DNA of 64,000 bases from a virus, in IMG/VR virus record IMGVR_UViG_3300021091_000020, positions 32,001-96,000 of that record, one strand, 5' to 3'. Position 1 is the first letter of the stretch, and every line of letters begins with the position of its first letter. A program made the position numbers and the translations under genes. This document shows, in pieces, positions 10,591 through 20,516 of the stretch. The notes beneath the pieces were generated by a model that saw nothing but the letters and a program-made list of their open reading frames with translations, did no database searches and was not told the DNA's origin.

Positions 10591-11909
10591 ATTTTTTCTC
10601 CATTGAGATCTATTTTTTTAAGAGTTGGTAATTTTTTAAGTTGAGGTAAATTTAAGTCTAATTTTTTAGAGAATATAGGCAAATTACTTTCAAGTATGCC
10701 AATAAATTTCTGATGCATTGCATCAAATGACCACAACTTTTCCAATTCTCTAATAGATCTCTTTGAACTTATCAAATACTTTTGATAATTTTTATGCACC
10801 TTATCCAATTCAATTGCTGCAGATTGATAGTTTACATTAAACCAAGACGATCCATCGTTGATAATTCCTTCCCACACTGCACTTTTATGCACAGGTTTAA
10901 CTTCACCTTTTAACAATACATGGAAATTTTTATTAACAAAATCAGTATGCCCACTCCAATCCGAAACAAGAACAGGTTTTCCAGAAGTGATAAATTCAGC
11001 AATTGGTCTACCATAACCTTCACCCTTTGTAAAAGAAACAAGTGCCTTTATTTTTTCGTGATTGTAAAGAGTATTCATTTCAGGATCTGTTAAATCACCA
11101 TGTAACAAATAAACATTTGGTAAATCCGTTTTATTAGTCATTGTTTTTATCAAATTTATTTTTTCTATTATTCTACTCTTATCCGTAACAGAAAATGTAC
11201 CCGAAGAAGATTTTAATAACAATGCAGGTTTGTTTGGTTTGTTTGCAAATGTTTCCAAGAAAGTGTATATCATTCCAGAAATATCTTTTCGGTCTTGACC
11301 GAAATCGCCTTTCAACCAATGACCAACGAAAAGATAAACAAATTTTTCATCAATTTCATTTATGGTTTTAGTTATACCTTCATCCATAGTGTTTGATTTA
11401 CCATATATTTCAAGTCTAACTCCTTCATGTAAAATTTCAATTGGAACATTAACTGAAAGATTACCAACCGCCTGATTAGTATGTTTATCTCTCTTTTCGT
11501 ATGATGTATTTAGGAATACATTTTTTGCATGTTTTGATGGAACAATTACTAAATCCATTCTATTACAACCTTCAATCCATTCGTGAGAACATATGTCAGT
11601 TTCTACACCTGCTGTTATTCCGATATTATATTTACCAACTTTTTGAAATTCATTTGGTATAGTACATTGCATCCAAATATCTGGTTGTGATGTGAGTGAT
11701 CCATTATGTATTAAATCCAATATAAGTTTGTGTTCTGGATTATTTTCATCCAAAGCATTCATTGGAGTTTCCCCCCAATTTATAGACATAACTTTTATAT
11801 CAAACTTATCCATTTTTATTAAAGATAAAAGTATATCTCTTGCATGTGCGCCATATCCACTAACAGTAGTAACCGGAGCACAAAAAGCTAATTGTGGTCT
11901 ATAATTCAT
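10587..11909 (-). CDS. GT4-like glycosyltransferase
   Basis: SGYGAHAR, VIVPSKH, DRKDI and TKGEGYGRPIAEF...SGH. Confidence 0.8.
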   Translation of the reverse strand: MNYRPQLAFCAPVTTVSGYGAHARDILLSLIKMDKFDIKVMSINWGETPMNALDENNPEHKLILDLIHNGSLTSQPDIWMQCTIPNEFQKVGKYNIGITAGVETDICSHEWIEGCNRMDLVIVPSKHAKNVFLNTSYEKRDKHTNQAVGNLSVNVPIEILHEGVRLEIYGKSNTMDEGITKTINEIDEKFVYLFVGHWLKGDFGQDRKDISGMIYTFLETFANKPNKPALLLKSSSGTFSVTDKSRIIEKINLIKTMTNKTDLPNVYLLHGDLTDPEMNTLYNHEKIKALVSFTKGEGYGRPIAEFITSGKPVLVSDWSGHTDFVNKNFHVLLKGEVKPVHKSAVWEGIINDGSSWFNVNYQSAAIELDKVHKNYQKYLISSKRSIRELEKLWSFDAMHQKFIGILESNLPIFSKKLDLNLPQLKKLPTLKKIDLNGEKI

Positions 11910-11916
11910 ATCATCC

Positions 11917-13341
11917 TCATGTTAAGTATAATTCAAAACGATTTTTTGGTTTAAAGTTTTCCAACACGGCATTTATATCAACAATGATTCTATTAGCCAT
12001 ATTGTCTCTTGACATTCCAACTGCCTCATTCATCAGAAACTCTCTACCCTTTAAACCAGCAGAAGTTCTTTCTTGTTTTGGTGTCTTATACCATTCATAT
12101 AAAGCATTACCAATATCTCTGAAATCGGCACGGTCATCAAAAATATATGGTGTTGGGACTGAACCTTGTAATGATATATTTGATGGCCAAACTGGCTTAA
12201 CCCATTCACCATGTTTCAAATGTCCCCATTCATCTTTTCTATGTAAAGTGTGTATTTCAATATAGTCATCAGCAGTAAAATAATCATTTGTTTCTGGATT
12301 GATAAAACCACATTGGTCTTGCATACCACCTGTTACATTAACAACAATAGGAGTTCCGGCAGAAACAGCTTCTGCTGTTCCCAATCCAAATCCTTCATTT
12401 GATGCCATATTAACAACAACATCTGCATTGTTGTAAAGTATATTCAATTGATTTCCAGAAATTACTTTTTCATCAAACAATACGGAATATTCATTACATA
12501 ATTCTCCAACTAAAGCAACCAAATCAGTTCCATTTGGATCGATAGGTTGCGTGTGCATGAATAACACACAATTGTTTTTAGCATCACCGCCATTCTTATC
12601 AATTAACTGACACATATGTTTGTAAGCAAGAACAACATCACCGGGATGTTTACGATGAATATTTCTGTTATTCCACATTACTACAAATTTATCTGGATTG
12701 TTTCCTCGAATTTTTTTACTTTCATCTTCCATTTTTTGAAAATCAGGATGTCCTTCATTTATTGGAAAAAATATTCCAGTATCAATTCCGTGTGGAACAT
12801 AAGTTATTCTATAACTTGGCGCCGGTTCATTTATTCTAGAGAATATTCTTTTATTTATGCCATATGTTTGTTTTGAAATTGCCATCAATAAATCACAACT
12901 CGCATAAGCTTCTTTGTTCCACATTGGATCCGTTGCGGTATCTCCAATCAAACCAGCACCATCCCAAATGTTCAAATACATTAGTGGTATCTTTTGGCGT
13001 ATTTCATGTTCCATATTATACAACCATCCCCAAAATCTTGGATCTGTAAAGTGAAGAATTGCATCTGGTTTTTCAATTTCAATAAGTCTCCTCAATAAAA
13101 ATGAATCACCATACCCATCATTACAATATACTTTTACATACGCATCTTTTACTCCAGTCATGTTTTTAGTATCTTCACATAAATCCATAACCTTACCTTT
13201 ATCTGGATGATTTATAGCCGCACCAACTTGAACCCAATCAAATTCTCTTGCAGTTCCAATTACTATATCTCTTGATACAGTTGCAATGCCGGATGTTAGT
13301 CTCAAATCATCTGACAACAATAATATCTTTTTCTTTGCCAT
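11917..13341 (-). CDS. GT4-like glycosyltransferase
   Basis: SGIATV, YVPHGID, NRNIHRK and SNEGFGLGTAEAVSAGTP. Confidence 0.85.
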   Translation of the reverse strand: MAKKKILLLSDDLRLTSGIATVSRDIVIGTAREFDWVQVGAAINHPDKGKVMDLCEDTKNMTGVKDAYVKVYCNDGYGDSFLLRRLIEIEKPDAILHFTDPRFWGWLYNMEHEIRQKIPLMYLNIWDGAGLIGDTATDPMWNKEAYASCDLLMAISKQTYGINKRIFSRINEPAPSYRITYVPHGIDTGIFFPINEGHPDFQKMEDESKKIRGNNPDKFVVMWNNRNIHRKHPGDVVLAYKHMCQLIDKNGGDAKNNCVLFMHTQPIDPNGTDLVALVGELCNEYSVLFDEKVISGNQLNILYNNADVVVNMASNEGFGLGTAEAVSAGTPIVVNVTGGMQDQCGFINPETNDYFTADDYIEIHTLHRKDEWGHLKHGEWVKPVWPSNISLQGSVPTPYIFDDRADFRDIGNALYEWYKTPKQERTSAGLKGREFLMNEAVGMSRDNMANRIIVDINAVLENFKPKNRFELYLT

Positions 13342-13350
13342 GTGAAACCT

Positions 13351-14736
13351 TTATATGTTAAAAAACTTCTGTGTTGTGTTTGTGGAAACGGTTTGCATAT
13401 TCAATAACATCTTACGATACGGTTTGAATTTGTAACCCATCTGTTCCAATGAAGAATTAAACCAATCTTCCGAATAATTATCTTTATTTCGTTTACCATT
13501 TGAAACTATCGTTTGCATATCACGAATAAAGTTATCAAGTTTATTCATGTCTCTGGTCAATCTTATCAATCTCAATCTTCTTCTGTTATATTCTTCTTCA
13601 TCTTGTTCTAATCTTTGTATCTCCAATATAAGACTTTTTAACGAATTTTCCAAATCATTTATATCATAAGACAAAACTAATTCAGCAAATTCTGTTCCTT
13701 TGAACAAGTCAATATATGTTTTATCATAAATTGGAATAGTCATCAAGTTCTTTTCTATCTGAGCATATTCAAATCTTGGTGTGATGAACATTCCGAAGAA
13801 AGGCACTTTGGTGTTTGTTGTTGATATACTAAATCTACAACCAGTTAAAAAGTTCATCATACTTTCCATCGTGTATGTTCCGGCGAGTATCATTGGTTTA
13901 TCGTTATCAAAAACTTTGAACACAGTTGGATCCAAATCAAAGTCTGGTAGAAATGTATCACTAAAAGTTTTACGAGAAACATTTGCGTGTTCTGCTAATA
14001 TCTTTACATGATTGAAATAATTTTCGGGCGAGTAAGTGTTTCCGATGTGAACCAATTTCTTACCTGAAAGGTCTTTCAATCCTAAATTGCCCATTGTTTC
14101 TACTATCGGTTTGAAGTTCCCATGACCTTTGAATTTAGCATAGTATGCACATTCTGAAATATATGGTAATTCTTTTTTATCTATCCATGATTTTTCAATC
14201 CACTTGTCATAGATACTCATGTCAATGTAACCACCGACTTGAAAAGTATATGCAGAAGTTCCTCTCATTCCAATATACTCTTTGAGTGCATCCACAAAAA
14301 ACGGTGTGTATGTTAAATAATAATCACTATATTTTATGAAAGCAGGAACACAAATAGTATTGAAGTGCATGCCCTCATACGGGTATATCTCATGGTCAAA
14401 GAATGCAGTTATAGTATTCAACTTACAATACATCTTTGCCAAGTCAATCAATTTTTGTTTGTGTTCTGGTTTTCTTTTTTCTATACCATCAACATCATAG
14501 ATAAATTTGTTGAGGTTCAAAACAACAATATCATAACCTTCCAATTTGTTTTTCAGTTCTGTCATTTCCATTTCGGAAATATCTACACAGTTCTGATATT
14601 CAGATTTGAAATTATTTGTTTCGCTAGGATTAAAGTAAAAGGTATCAACACTATCCAGTGATGATATATTTTTTGTAAAGGTATGTATGCCCCTATAAAC
14701 CGAAAGGTCAATAATTGCTAATTGAGCTATTTTCAC
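13351..14736 (-). CDS. DNA alpha-glucosyltransferase-like protein (T4 AGT homologue)
   Basis: Collinear similarity, from recall, to T4 AGT: GIHTF~GVTKF, YDIVVLN~CDILIIN, FFDHE~YQHDH, YTFQ~YNFQ, GNTYSP~GLERSP, RFEYAQIE..TIPIY~SLEYTHLE..TIPVF, YDINDLE~FDENDME. GTG start. Confidence 0.65.
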   Translation of the reverse strand: MKIAQLAIIDLSVYRGIHTFTKNISSLDSVDTFYFNPSETNNFKSEYQNCVDISEMEMTELKNKLEGYDIVVLNLNKFIYDVDGIEKRKPEHKQKLIDLAKMYCKLNTITAFFDHEIYPYEGMHFNTICVPAFIKYSDYYLTYTPFFVDALKEYIGMRGTSAYTFQVGGYIDMSIYDKWIEKSWIDKKELPYISECAYYAKFKGHGNFKPIVETMGNLGLKDLSGKKLVHIGNTYSPENYFNHVKILAEHANVSRKTFSDTFLPDFDLDPTVFKVFDNDKPMILAGTYTMESMMNFLTGCRFSISTTNTKVPFFGMFITPRFEYAQIEKNLMTIPIYDKTYIDLFKGTEFAELVLSYDINDLENSLKSLILEIQRLEQDEEEYNRRRLRLIRLTRDMNKLDNFIRDMQTIVSNGKRNKDNYSEDWFNSSLEQMGYKFKPYRKMLLNMQTVSTNTTQKFFNI

Positions 14737-14761
14737 GAAACACCTAATGATATTAGTTTAC

Positions 14762-14770
14762 TATAAATAT
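14762..14770 (-). promoter_or_regulatory. ATATTTATA motif (putative late promoter) heading the glycosyltransferase operon
   Basis: Exact copy of the recurrent intergenic motif, about 25 nt upstream of the AGT-like start. Confidence 0.5.
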
Positions 14771-14796
14771 CTAGTATTTTTACAAAACATTAAATT

Positions 14797-15708
14797 TTAG
14801 AATGGCATTATGTTTCTTTTTTCTTTCGGACAAAGTTCTTCGTTAGTATTAAATTCACAATACTTACAGTTTGAATAATTGTTACCGCCTTCGGCAGGAT
14901 ATATTACATCCAATTTATATTCACCGTCTTCGGTAAATACAGTTGTAATAAATTCAGCAATTTCTTTCTTTATATTGTTTTGAGAAACTTTGCCGTTCGA
15001 TGGTTCAAATCTTTGAACTCTTTGTTTCATTGCTTCGTATTCTGCATCTTCAATAATCTTTCTACGCAGAATTAAATACTCAACATTTATTTCTTCTGGA
15101 CTAACACCATATTGTTTTGCATAATATGTTTTGTATAGAACAAGTTGTGATGTCTTTACCTTATCTGCCTTTGCATATTTGTTCCAACCGTTTGTGCTGG
15201 TTTTGAAATCATATATGTATATCTCACCAGTCTTTGTATTCTTAATAACCAAATCCAAAAATCCAACAAGTTTAACTGTTGGATGTGTTTCGAGTGGAAC
15301 AATGTTTATAGGCATTTCAATACCAACCAATTCATAATCTTTCTTTTGAAAGAAATCTGCTCTATGTGCCTTAAACCAATGAAGAATTTGAACACCGTCT
15401 GAATAGTATTCTTTAAGTTCTTTATCACTTGAAAAGTGAACATCTTTATTTTCGGTGAGTAATTTTTTATATTCATCACGAATACCACTCTGTAACATTT
15501 CATTGAGATCAAGTTTATTTGCCTCAACAATTGATTTCTCATAGATGGTCTTAACATACTCTTGCAACACTTCATGCATTACTGTTCCGAATAGAGCAGC
15601 AGTTGATGGTTGATAAGTTGCGAGTTTATCTATGTATGCGAGTTTCCATCTATGAGGACAACCTTTCCATATTTGATATTGTGAAAAAGATACCTTTTTG
15701 TTAGGCAT
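14797..15708 (-). CDS. Cas4/RecB-like PD-(D/E)xK exonuclease
   Basis: SFSQY...CP, FGTVMHEVLQ, GFLDLV, IYDFKTS and QLVLY; C-terminal CxxC-x8-C completes a four-Cys Fe-S staple. Confidence 0.8.
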   Translation of the reverse strand: MPNKKVSFSQYQIWKGCPHRWKLAYIDKLATYQPSTAALFGTVMHEVLQEYVKTIYEKSIVEANKLDLNEMLQSGIRDEYKKLLTENKDVHFSSDKELKEYYSDGVQILHWFKAHRADFFQKKDYELVGIEMPINIVPLETHPTVKLVGFLDLVIKNTKTGEIYIYDFKTSTNGWNKYAKADKVKTSQLVLYKTYYAKQYGVSPEEINVEYLILRRKIIEDAEYEAMKQRVQRFEPSNGKVSQNNIKKEIAEFITTVFTEDGEYKLDVIYPAEGGNNYSNCKYCEFNTNEELCPKEKRNIMPF

Positions 15709-16079
15709 TATTTACCCCACTTACCTGACTGAACAAGTTGTGCAATGATACCATATACCGAAATATCTTTGAATGTATCATCCAAACATTCACCGACTGC
15801 ATCTTTTGAACCAAACATAATCATTTGTTTGTAACGATTTACTTTATCATTTATACGAAAGAAAAGACCCTGTAAAGAAAGTTTACGGTCTTCTTCTCTT
15901 TCCAATGATGATCCCATAGAGATATTATCAGGACCATAATTAGACTGTTTTGCACAAAATAATTCATATTGTGCCTGTTGTATTCTCTTAAACTCGGCAG
16001 TCATCACCGGAAATTTCTTTTCCATTTCAGTAACAACATCGGGCTGTTTCCTACCCAAATCAATTTCTTTTATTGACAT
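15708..16079 (-). CDS. Nucleotide modification associated domain 1 (DUF1599/Nmad1)-like all-alpha protein
   Basis: FCAKQSNYG, RINDKVNR, ECLDDTFKDISVYGII and W at the C-terminus. Confidence 0.7.
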   Translation of the reverse strand: MSIKEIDLGRKQPDVVTEMEKKFPVMTAEFKRIQQAQYELFCAKQSNYGPDNISMGSSLEREEDRKLSLQGLFFRINDKVNRYKQMIMFGSKDAVGECLDDTFKDISVYGIIAQLVQSGKWGK

Positions 16080-16090
16080 TTTATTATTCC

Positions 16091-16543
16091 TCATTTTATA
16101 TTCTTTAATTGTTTTTCAAATTTAGTAATATCTGCTTCCGGCGTTCCATATTGTTTCAATATATCAATAAGTTCATCTTGGTTATTCTCTTTCAGAAATC
16201 TGATGTATGCATATACTTCATTTTTTCCCAACTCAAAGTGGTTACAAAGTGTAGATAGAATTTCTGGTTCTATTTCCATTTTGTGTTTAGACTTTATGTA
16301 TTTCAGGAAAATGGATTTCTTTGGGAGAATATCTAGCAAAAGTTTATAGTAATCCTTTGAAGATAGTATTCCATTTGAATATGTTTGAAACTCATTTATG
16401 ACTTCAACAAATTCCGGCTCCATTGAAAAGAAACGAGCAATCATATAATTGCTCCATGATTTTGTATCTTCTTCTGAAAGTTCTTCCCATTTTGTTTTAC
16501 GGAAAGTAACTCCTTTAATATGATCAAATAAACTTTTTGCCAT
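16091..16543 (-). CDS. gp62: Clamp loader small subunit (T4 gp62-like)
   Basis: SLFDHIKGV, YMIARFFSM and LPKKSIFLKYIK; located two genes downstream of gp44. Confidence 0.7.
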   Translation of the reverse strand: MAKSLFDHIKGVTFRKTKWEELSEEDTKSWSNYMIARFFSMEPEFVEVINEFQTYSNGILSSKDYYKLLLDILPKKSIFLKYIKSKHKMEIEPEILSTLCNHFELGKNEVYAYIRFLKENNQDELIDILKQYGTPEADITKFEKQLKNIK

Positions 16544-16551
16544 GATAATCC

Positions 16552-16821
16552 TTAATCGTTTAGTTGTTGTCTTTTTGTTGGCATAAATTCGTCATTGATA
16601 TGACCACATTGCAAACAAGCATAAGTTGGAATTGGAACAATACCTTCCTGTCCGTTTGGCGAAATCAATGCCGAAATCTTTTTGAAGAAAGTTACTTCGT
16701 GAAAAAATTTGTGTCCACATTTTGCACATGCAATATCTGATGCTTGGTTTAGATCAAAACTAATTCTTTGTTGATCTTGTGGTGGTTGTCCACCACCATT
16801 GATGTCATAAATACCCATCAT
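16552..16821 (-). CDS. Zinc-ribbon protein
   Basis: CAKCG and CLQCGH pairs; KISALISP. Confidence 0.6.
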   Translation of the reverse strand: MMGIYDINGGGQPPQDQQRISFDLNQASDIACAKCGHKFFHEVTFFKKISALISPNGQEGIVPIPTYACLQCGHINDEFMPTKRQQLND

Positions 16822-17759
16822 TTTCTCCTTTGGTCAATTTCCATAATAATTTGAATAAACATAGCCATGGCATTTATTTCATGGTCTACAACAAAACTAT
16901 CTTTGTATTGTGCTTCAGCAATAATCAAAATAATAGTTGATACGAAACCATTAGCGAATGTATCAACAGTATCGTAAAGATGTCTGAACATTTGATTGAA
17001 GTCACGAACATGATTGTCAGCAAGTAACTGACGAATACCATCAAACTTTTCTTTTTTGTTTTTATTTGATTTGAGAATATCAACAATTGAAGAAAGATAA
17101 TTGTGTTCTACCAAAGTTGTTTCATCTAATTTCAAAACACCACCAATAACACATCGTTGAGTTGTGTTAATTACACGGCGAATATCTGGATATGATTGAT
17201 TGATAATCGTTGCAAGATTATCCTTTTCATACTTTATATTCTCACCATCAAGAATTTTTACAAGATGTTGTGCAACTTCTTTTTTTGACGGTGGAACTAT
17301 GTTAAAGATTTGACAACGAGATTGAATTGGATCAATAATCTTATCTACATAGTTACAAGTCAAAATAAAACGAGTTGTCTTACTGAATGTTTCAATTACA
17401 TTACGAAGTGCCGCCTGAGCATTTGGCGTCATGTAATCACATTCATCCAATATAATTAGTTTCAATCCACCAAAACCAATCGAAGAAGCAAACTGTTTGA
17501 TTTTATCACGAACAGTATCTACTGAATTTTCATCTGAAGCATTGATGTAAATATAATTATCTTTTGCAATAGTATTTGCAACAATCTTAGCAAGGGTAGT
17601 TTTACCACTACCGGCATCGCCATACAAAAGAAGATGTGGAACATCACTTGTATCAATATACTGTTGGAATGTTGCCTTTACAGTTTCATTGCCAACATAA
17701 GTGTCAAGTGTCTGTGGACGATACTTTTCATTCCAAATTGTGTGTGAAGCGTTAAACAT
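16818..17759 (-). CDS. gp44: Clamp loader AAA+ subunit (T4 gp44 / RFC small subunit)
   Basis: WNEKYRP, Walker A GDAGSGKTT, INASDE, ILDECD and the SRC motif. Confidence 0.95.
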   Translation of the reverse strand: MFNASHTIWNEKYRPQTLDTYVGNETVKATFQQYIDTSDVPHLLLYGDAGSGKTTLAKIVANTIAKDNYIYINASDENSVDTVRDKIKQFASSIGFGGLKLIILDECDYMTPNAQAALRNVIETFSKTTRFILTCNYVDKIIDPIQSRCQIFNIVPPSKKEVAQHLVKILDGENIKYEKDNLATIINQSYPDIRRVINTTQRCVIGGVLKLDETTLVEHNYLSSIVDILKSNKNKKEKFDGIRQLLADNHVRDFNQMFRHLYDTVDTFANGFVSTIILIIAEAQYKDSFVVDHEINAMAMFIQIIMEIDQRRK

Positions 17760-17790
17760 AACATACCTTATTGGTTAATAAATTCATCTA

Positions 17791-17821
17791 CTAATATATG
17801 TAATTTTCGCCTAATATCCTA
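17791..17821 (-). promoter_or_regulatory. Putative early/middle promoter (CATATATTAG -10 box)
   Basis: Same -10 box as at 21268, 27893 and 43400, but with a weak -35. Confidence 0.4.
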
Positions 17822-18889
17822 GCGATTTTTTTGAAATACGAAGATTGGCTCTCTTTTATAGCCAGCCCCCATAACAGCGGACAGTATCAGTTGTAGAGTA
17901 TCGGTGTGATCGAAACCAACTAGGTTGGCATACTTTATAGTCATTTCTTCCAAATCTTTATACTTTGGTGTGTTGGCTATGTTTATTAGCATATAGCCAC
18001 CCATTTTCAATCCGTGATAACAATTACGGAAAGTTGATTGAAGAAAACCAGAACCCCAAGTTTCACGGGTTGGAAATTTATTATACGATTGAGTTTCTTC
18101 ATCTGCATATTTTTCAGTATCGAAATATGGTGGCGATGTAAAACATAAATCTAAACTATCTTTTTCGGGAAGATAATCTTCCGAACCCATCATATTCAAT
18201 TGAATATCTTTACCGAGATAATCAAAATCATCGCGTAATTTACACAGACCTTCAAATGTTTTCGTTGATGGTTCTGTTCCAATATAAGTTTTAATATGAG
18301 GGGAAGCAAGAGCACCAACCAATCTTCCACCCCAACCACAAGACATATCCCACATCACACCGTCACCACCATACTTTTTATAGATAACACCAGCAGCAGT
18401 TGGTCTAAAATTGGAAACACCTTGAACACCAGAATATATTTTAAGTGATTGACGAAGACGGTTCTCTTGAAAGGAACTACCCCAATGTTTTGACAACCAC
18501 TTCAAACATTTGCGTATTGTCATTTTGAATGTTTGGTCATTCAAAAAATTATCGATTGGAGACATCTTTGAGTTTCCGCATTTAACTTCCATCGCGTGCG
18601 GAAAGTATGACCACGCTAACCGAAGTCCGTTCATGGTTTGAATTATATCACCGTCTTTGAAAATACTATCATAATCAAACTGTTGTAGTTTTCTCATGTG
18701 TTCATGTTTTTCGTGTTCAGTAATTTTCATATATGGATAACCGTGTTTGCGGTAATACTGAAAGATACAATCTATTGTATCATCCAATTCTCTTTTACCT
18801 GCAAAAAATTCACCGGTCTCTTTCCACAAACGAACTTCTAGCGGATCAACATCAAAGAATTTACTTAAACTATCGCCGTTAGGTTTCAT
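17819..18889 (-). CDS. Amino-methyltransferase-fold DNA modification enzyme (paralogue 3)
   Basis: SNFRP, WDMSCGWGGRL (motif I), YIGTEP and FTSPPYF (motif IV). Start moved to ATG 18889, just after the upstream stop. Confidence 0.75.
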   Translation of the reverse strand: MKPNGDSLSKFFDVDPLEVRLWKETGEFFAGKRELDDTIDCIFQYYRKHGYPYMKITEHEKHEHMRKLQQFDYDSIFKDGDIIQTMNGLRLAWSYFPHAMEVKCGNSKMSPIDNFLNDQTFKMTIRKCLKWLSKHWGSSFQENRLRQSLKIYSGVQGVSNFRPTAAGVIYKKYGGDGVMWDMSCGWGGRLVGALASPHIKTYIGTEPSTKTFEGLCKLRDDFDYLGKDIQLNMMGSEDYLPEKDSLDLCFTSPPYFDTEKYADEETQSYNKFPTRETWGSGFLQSTFRNCYHGLKMGGYMLINIANTPKYKDLEEMTIKYANLVGFDHTDTLQLILSAVMGAGYKREPIFVFQKNR

Positions 18890-18890
18890 G

Positions 18891-20516
18891 TTAGGGTTTA
18901 TAGAAAACAAAAATTGGTTCGTGCTTAAACCATTCACCATTGTATAAAACTTTATTTGCTAATCGTTCTGGATCGGAATTACCAATCATCTTTGTCATAA
19001 GCATACACATTTTACCTTTGTATTCCATTCCCAAAGATTTTAATATATCAATAGAATCTTGTTCAAGATTTATTGTTTTGGTTGCAGATACTTTGATATT
19101 TGCAATGTTCCAACAAATATATCTATCATTTTTCAAATAAGCAACAGCAGTTTCCAATGTTGGTTTCAAAAAGTTATCACGCCAATCTGCGTATTCTCCG
19201 TGTGCCTTATATGATTGTGTATCATCATCAGAATACATTTCACGATTGAAATACGGCGGTGATGTGAAAACAAAATCCAATTTACCTTTATACTTTTGAA
19301 AATCAGGATTGAATTGTATTGTTTCAGAACCATCTTGGAAAACTTCGTATGTATGGTCTTCTCTTACATCAAAGAACTTCGATGAAAGTGAACTACCTTT
19401 CTCACCAATAGACTTCAAATAAAAGTCTGCAAGATATTCATAACGAGTAATTCCCAAATCAGGAATTGAATTGTCTGTGTTTGGATCCGTTCCAACATAA
19501 TGTATCGGCCTACTCACCGACATTGCTCCTAAAATTCTTCCACCCCAACCGGCACTTGGATCATATACCGTAACCATTTCACTTGCTGGAATATGTTTTG
19601 TAAAATGTTCATACAAAAACTTTGCAGTCATTGGTGGAAAGTTTACAGCAGGTTGTGAGAAAGAAATACGGAATATCTGAAATGCTTGTGGAAATAATTT
19701 TGCACTCTTTTCATATACTCTTACCAAGAAAACATTTACTCTTGGTTCTTCACCGTCTTTTTTTATCATAAAATTATCAGACAGTTCTTCTATATCACCT
19801 AAATAAAATATCATACTCACATCAAGTATTCCATCCTTAACAAACTCACGGATTTGGTCTGCCTTTATAGTCAAATACTTTGTATATTTTTTATTGTAGG
19901 TTTCAAGTGTGCAAGATATTTTTGATATACGCAAACCTTGTCCATCAAATCTACCATCACCATTCTTAAATGCAAGAAAGAAATCGCGTAGAGTTTCACC
20001 TTCTCGGAAATAAGGGTTCTTGATTTGATTTGATGAAATAGATTTACTATAAAGATACATCGAGTCATTGTAAAGAGTTCTACGCATAACATGATGAAAA
20101 GTATCTTTCATTTCATCGGTAAAGAAATCATAGATTGATCTAGATGTCTCACCACTTGTTCCACTCGCAATCTTTGTTTTCAGCATCGTTGGAAAGAATT
20201 GATTAGCAGCAGAACCATTTTTAGAGAAATTGGCAATGACGCCGATTATATCTTTGTCATTGCCTTTATCTGGATTATGAAAAACTTTTGATGAATTGAA
20301 TTGACGGAGCTTTGAAAACGATTGAACAATCTCCTCTTCGGATCTGCCAACGAGTGGTGGTTTACCGTTTTCATCCCAATCTTTCAAAAACCTCATTCGT
20401 AAATCTTCTACCCATTCGGAAAACTTTTTATCATCATAAGTTACCAATTCACCGTATGTAATATTACACGGCCAAGATAGAACATTACCCTTTTCATAAA
20501 AATATTTTTTCATCAA
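18891..20516 (-). CDS. Amino-methyltransferase-fold DNA modification enzyme (paralogue 2)
   Basis: VNFPP, YDPSAGWGGRI, YVGTDP and FTSPPYFNRE. Confidence 0.75.
   Translation of the reverse strand: MMKKYFYEKGNVLSWPCNITYGELVTYDDKKFSEWVEDLRMRFLKDWDENGKPPLVGRSEEEIVQSFSKLRQFNSSKVFHNPDKGNDKDIIGVIANFSKNGSAANQFFPTMLKTKIASGTSGETSRSIYDFFTDEMKDTFHHVMRRTLYNDSMYLYSKSISSNQIKNPYFREGETLRDFFLAFKNGDGRFDGQGLRISKISCTLETYNKKYTKYLTIKADQIREFVKDGILDVSMIFYLGDIEELSDNFMIKKDGEEPRVNVFLVRVYEKSAKLFPQAFQIFRISFSQPAVNFPPMTAKFLYEHFTKHIPASEMVTVYDPSAGWGGRILGAMSVSRPIHYVGTDPNTDNSIPDLGITRYEYLADFYLKSIGEKGSSLSSKFFDVREDHTYEVFQDGSETIQFNPDFQKYKGKLDFVFTSPPYFNREMYSDDDTQSYKAHGEYADWRDNFLKPTLETAVAYLKNDRYICWNIANIKVSATKTINLEQDSIDILKSLGMEYKGKMCMLMTKMIGNSDPERLANKVLYNGEWFKHEPIFVFYKP

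Noticed and set aside
1-13341. Bacterial LPS/capsule locus, i.e. host contamination or a prophage boundary
   Set aside because: Same strand, gene packing and promoter motif as the phage genes, contiguous with the replisome block, and no transport or polymerisation genes.
14797-15708. Cas4-like gene as evidence of a CRISPR-Cas locus
   Set aside because: No cas1/cas2, effector genes or array; solo Cas4-like nucleases are common in phages.
18890-18940. Overlap of MTase 3 with MTase 2 suggesting a frameshifted fusion
   Set aside because: Each ORF has its own complete motif I and SPPY set, and an ATG at 18889 follows the stop.
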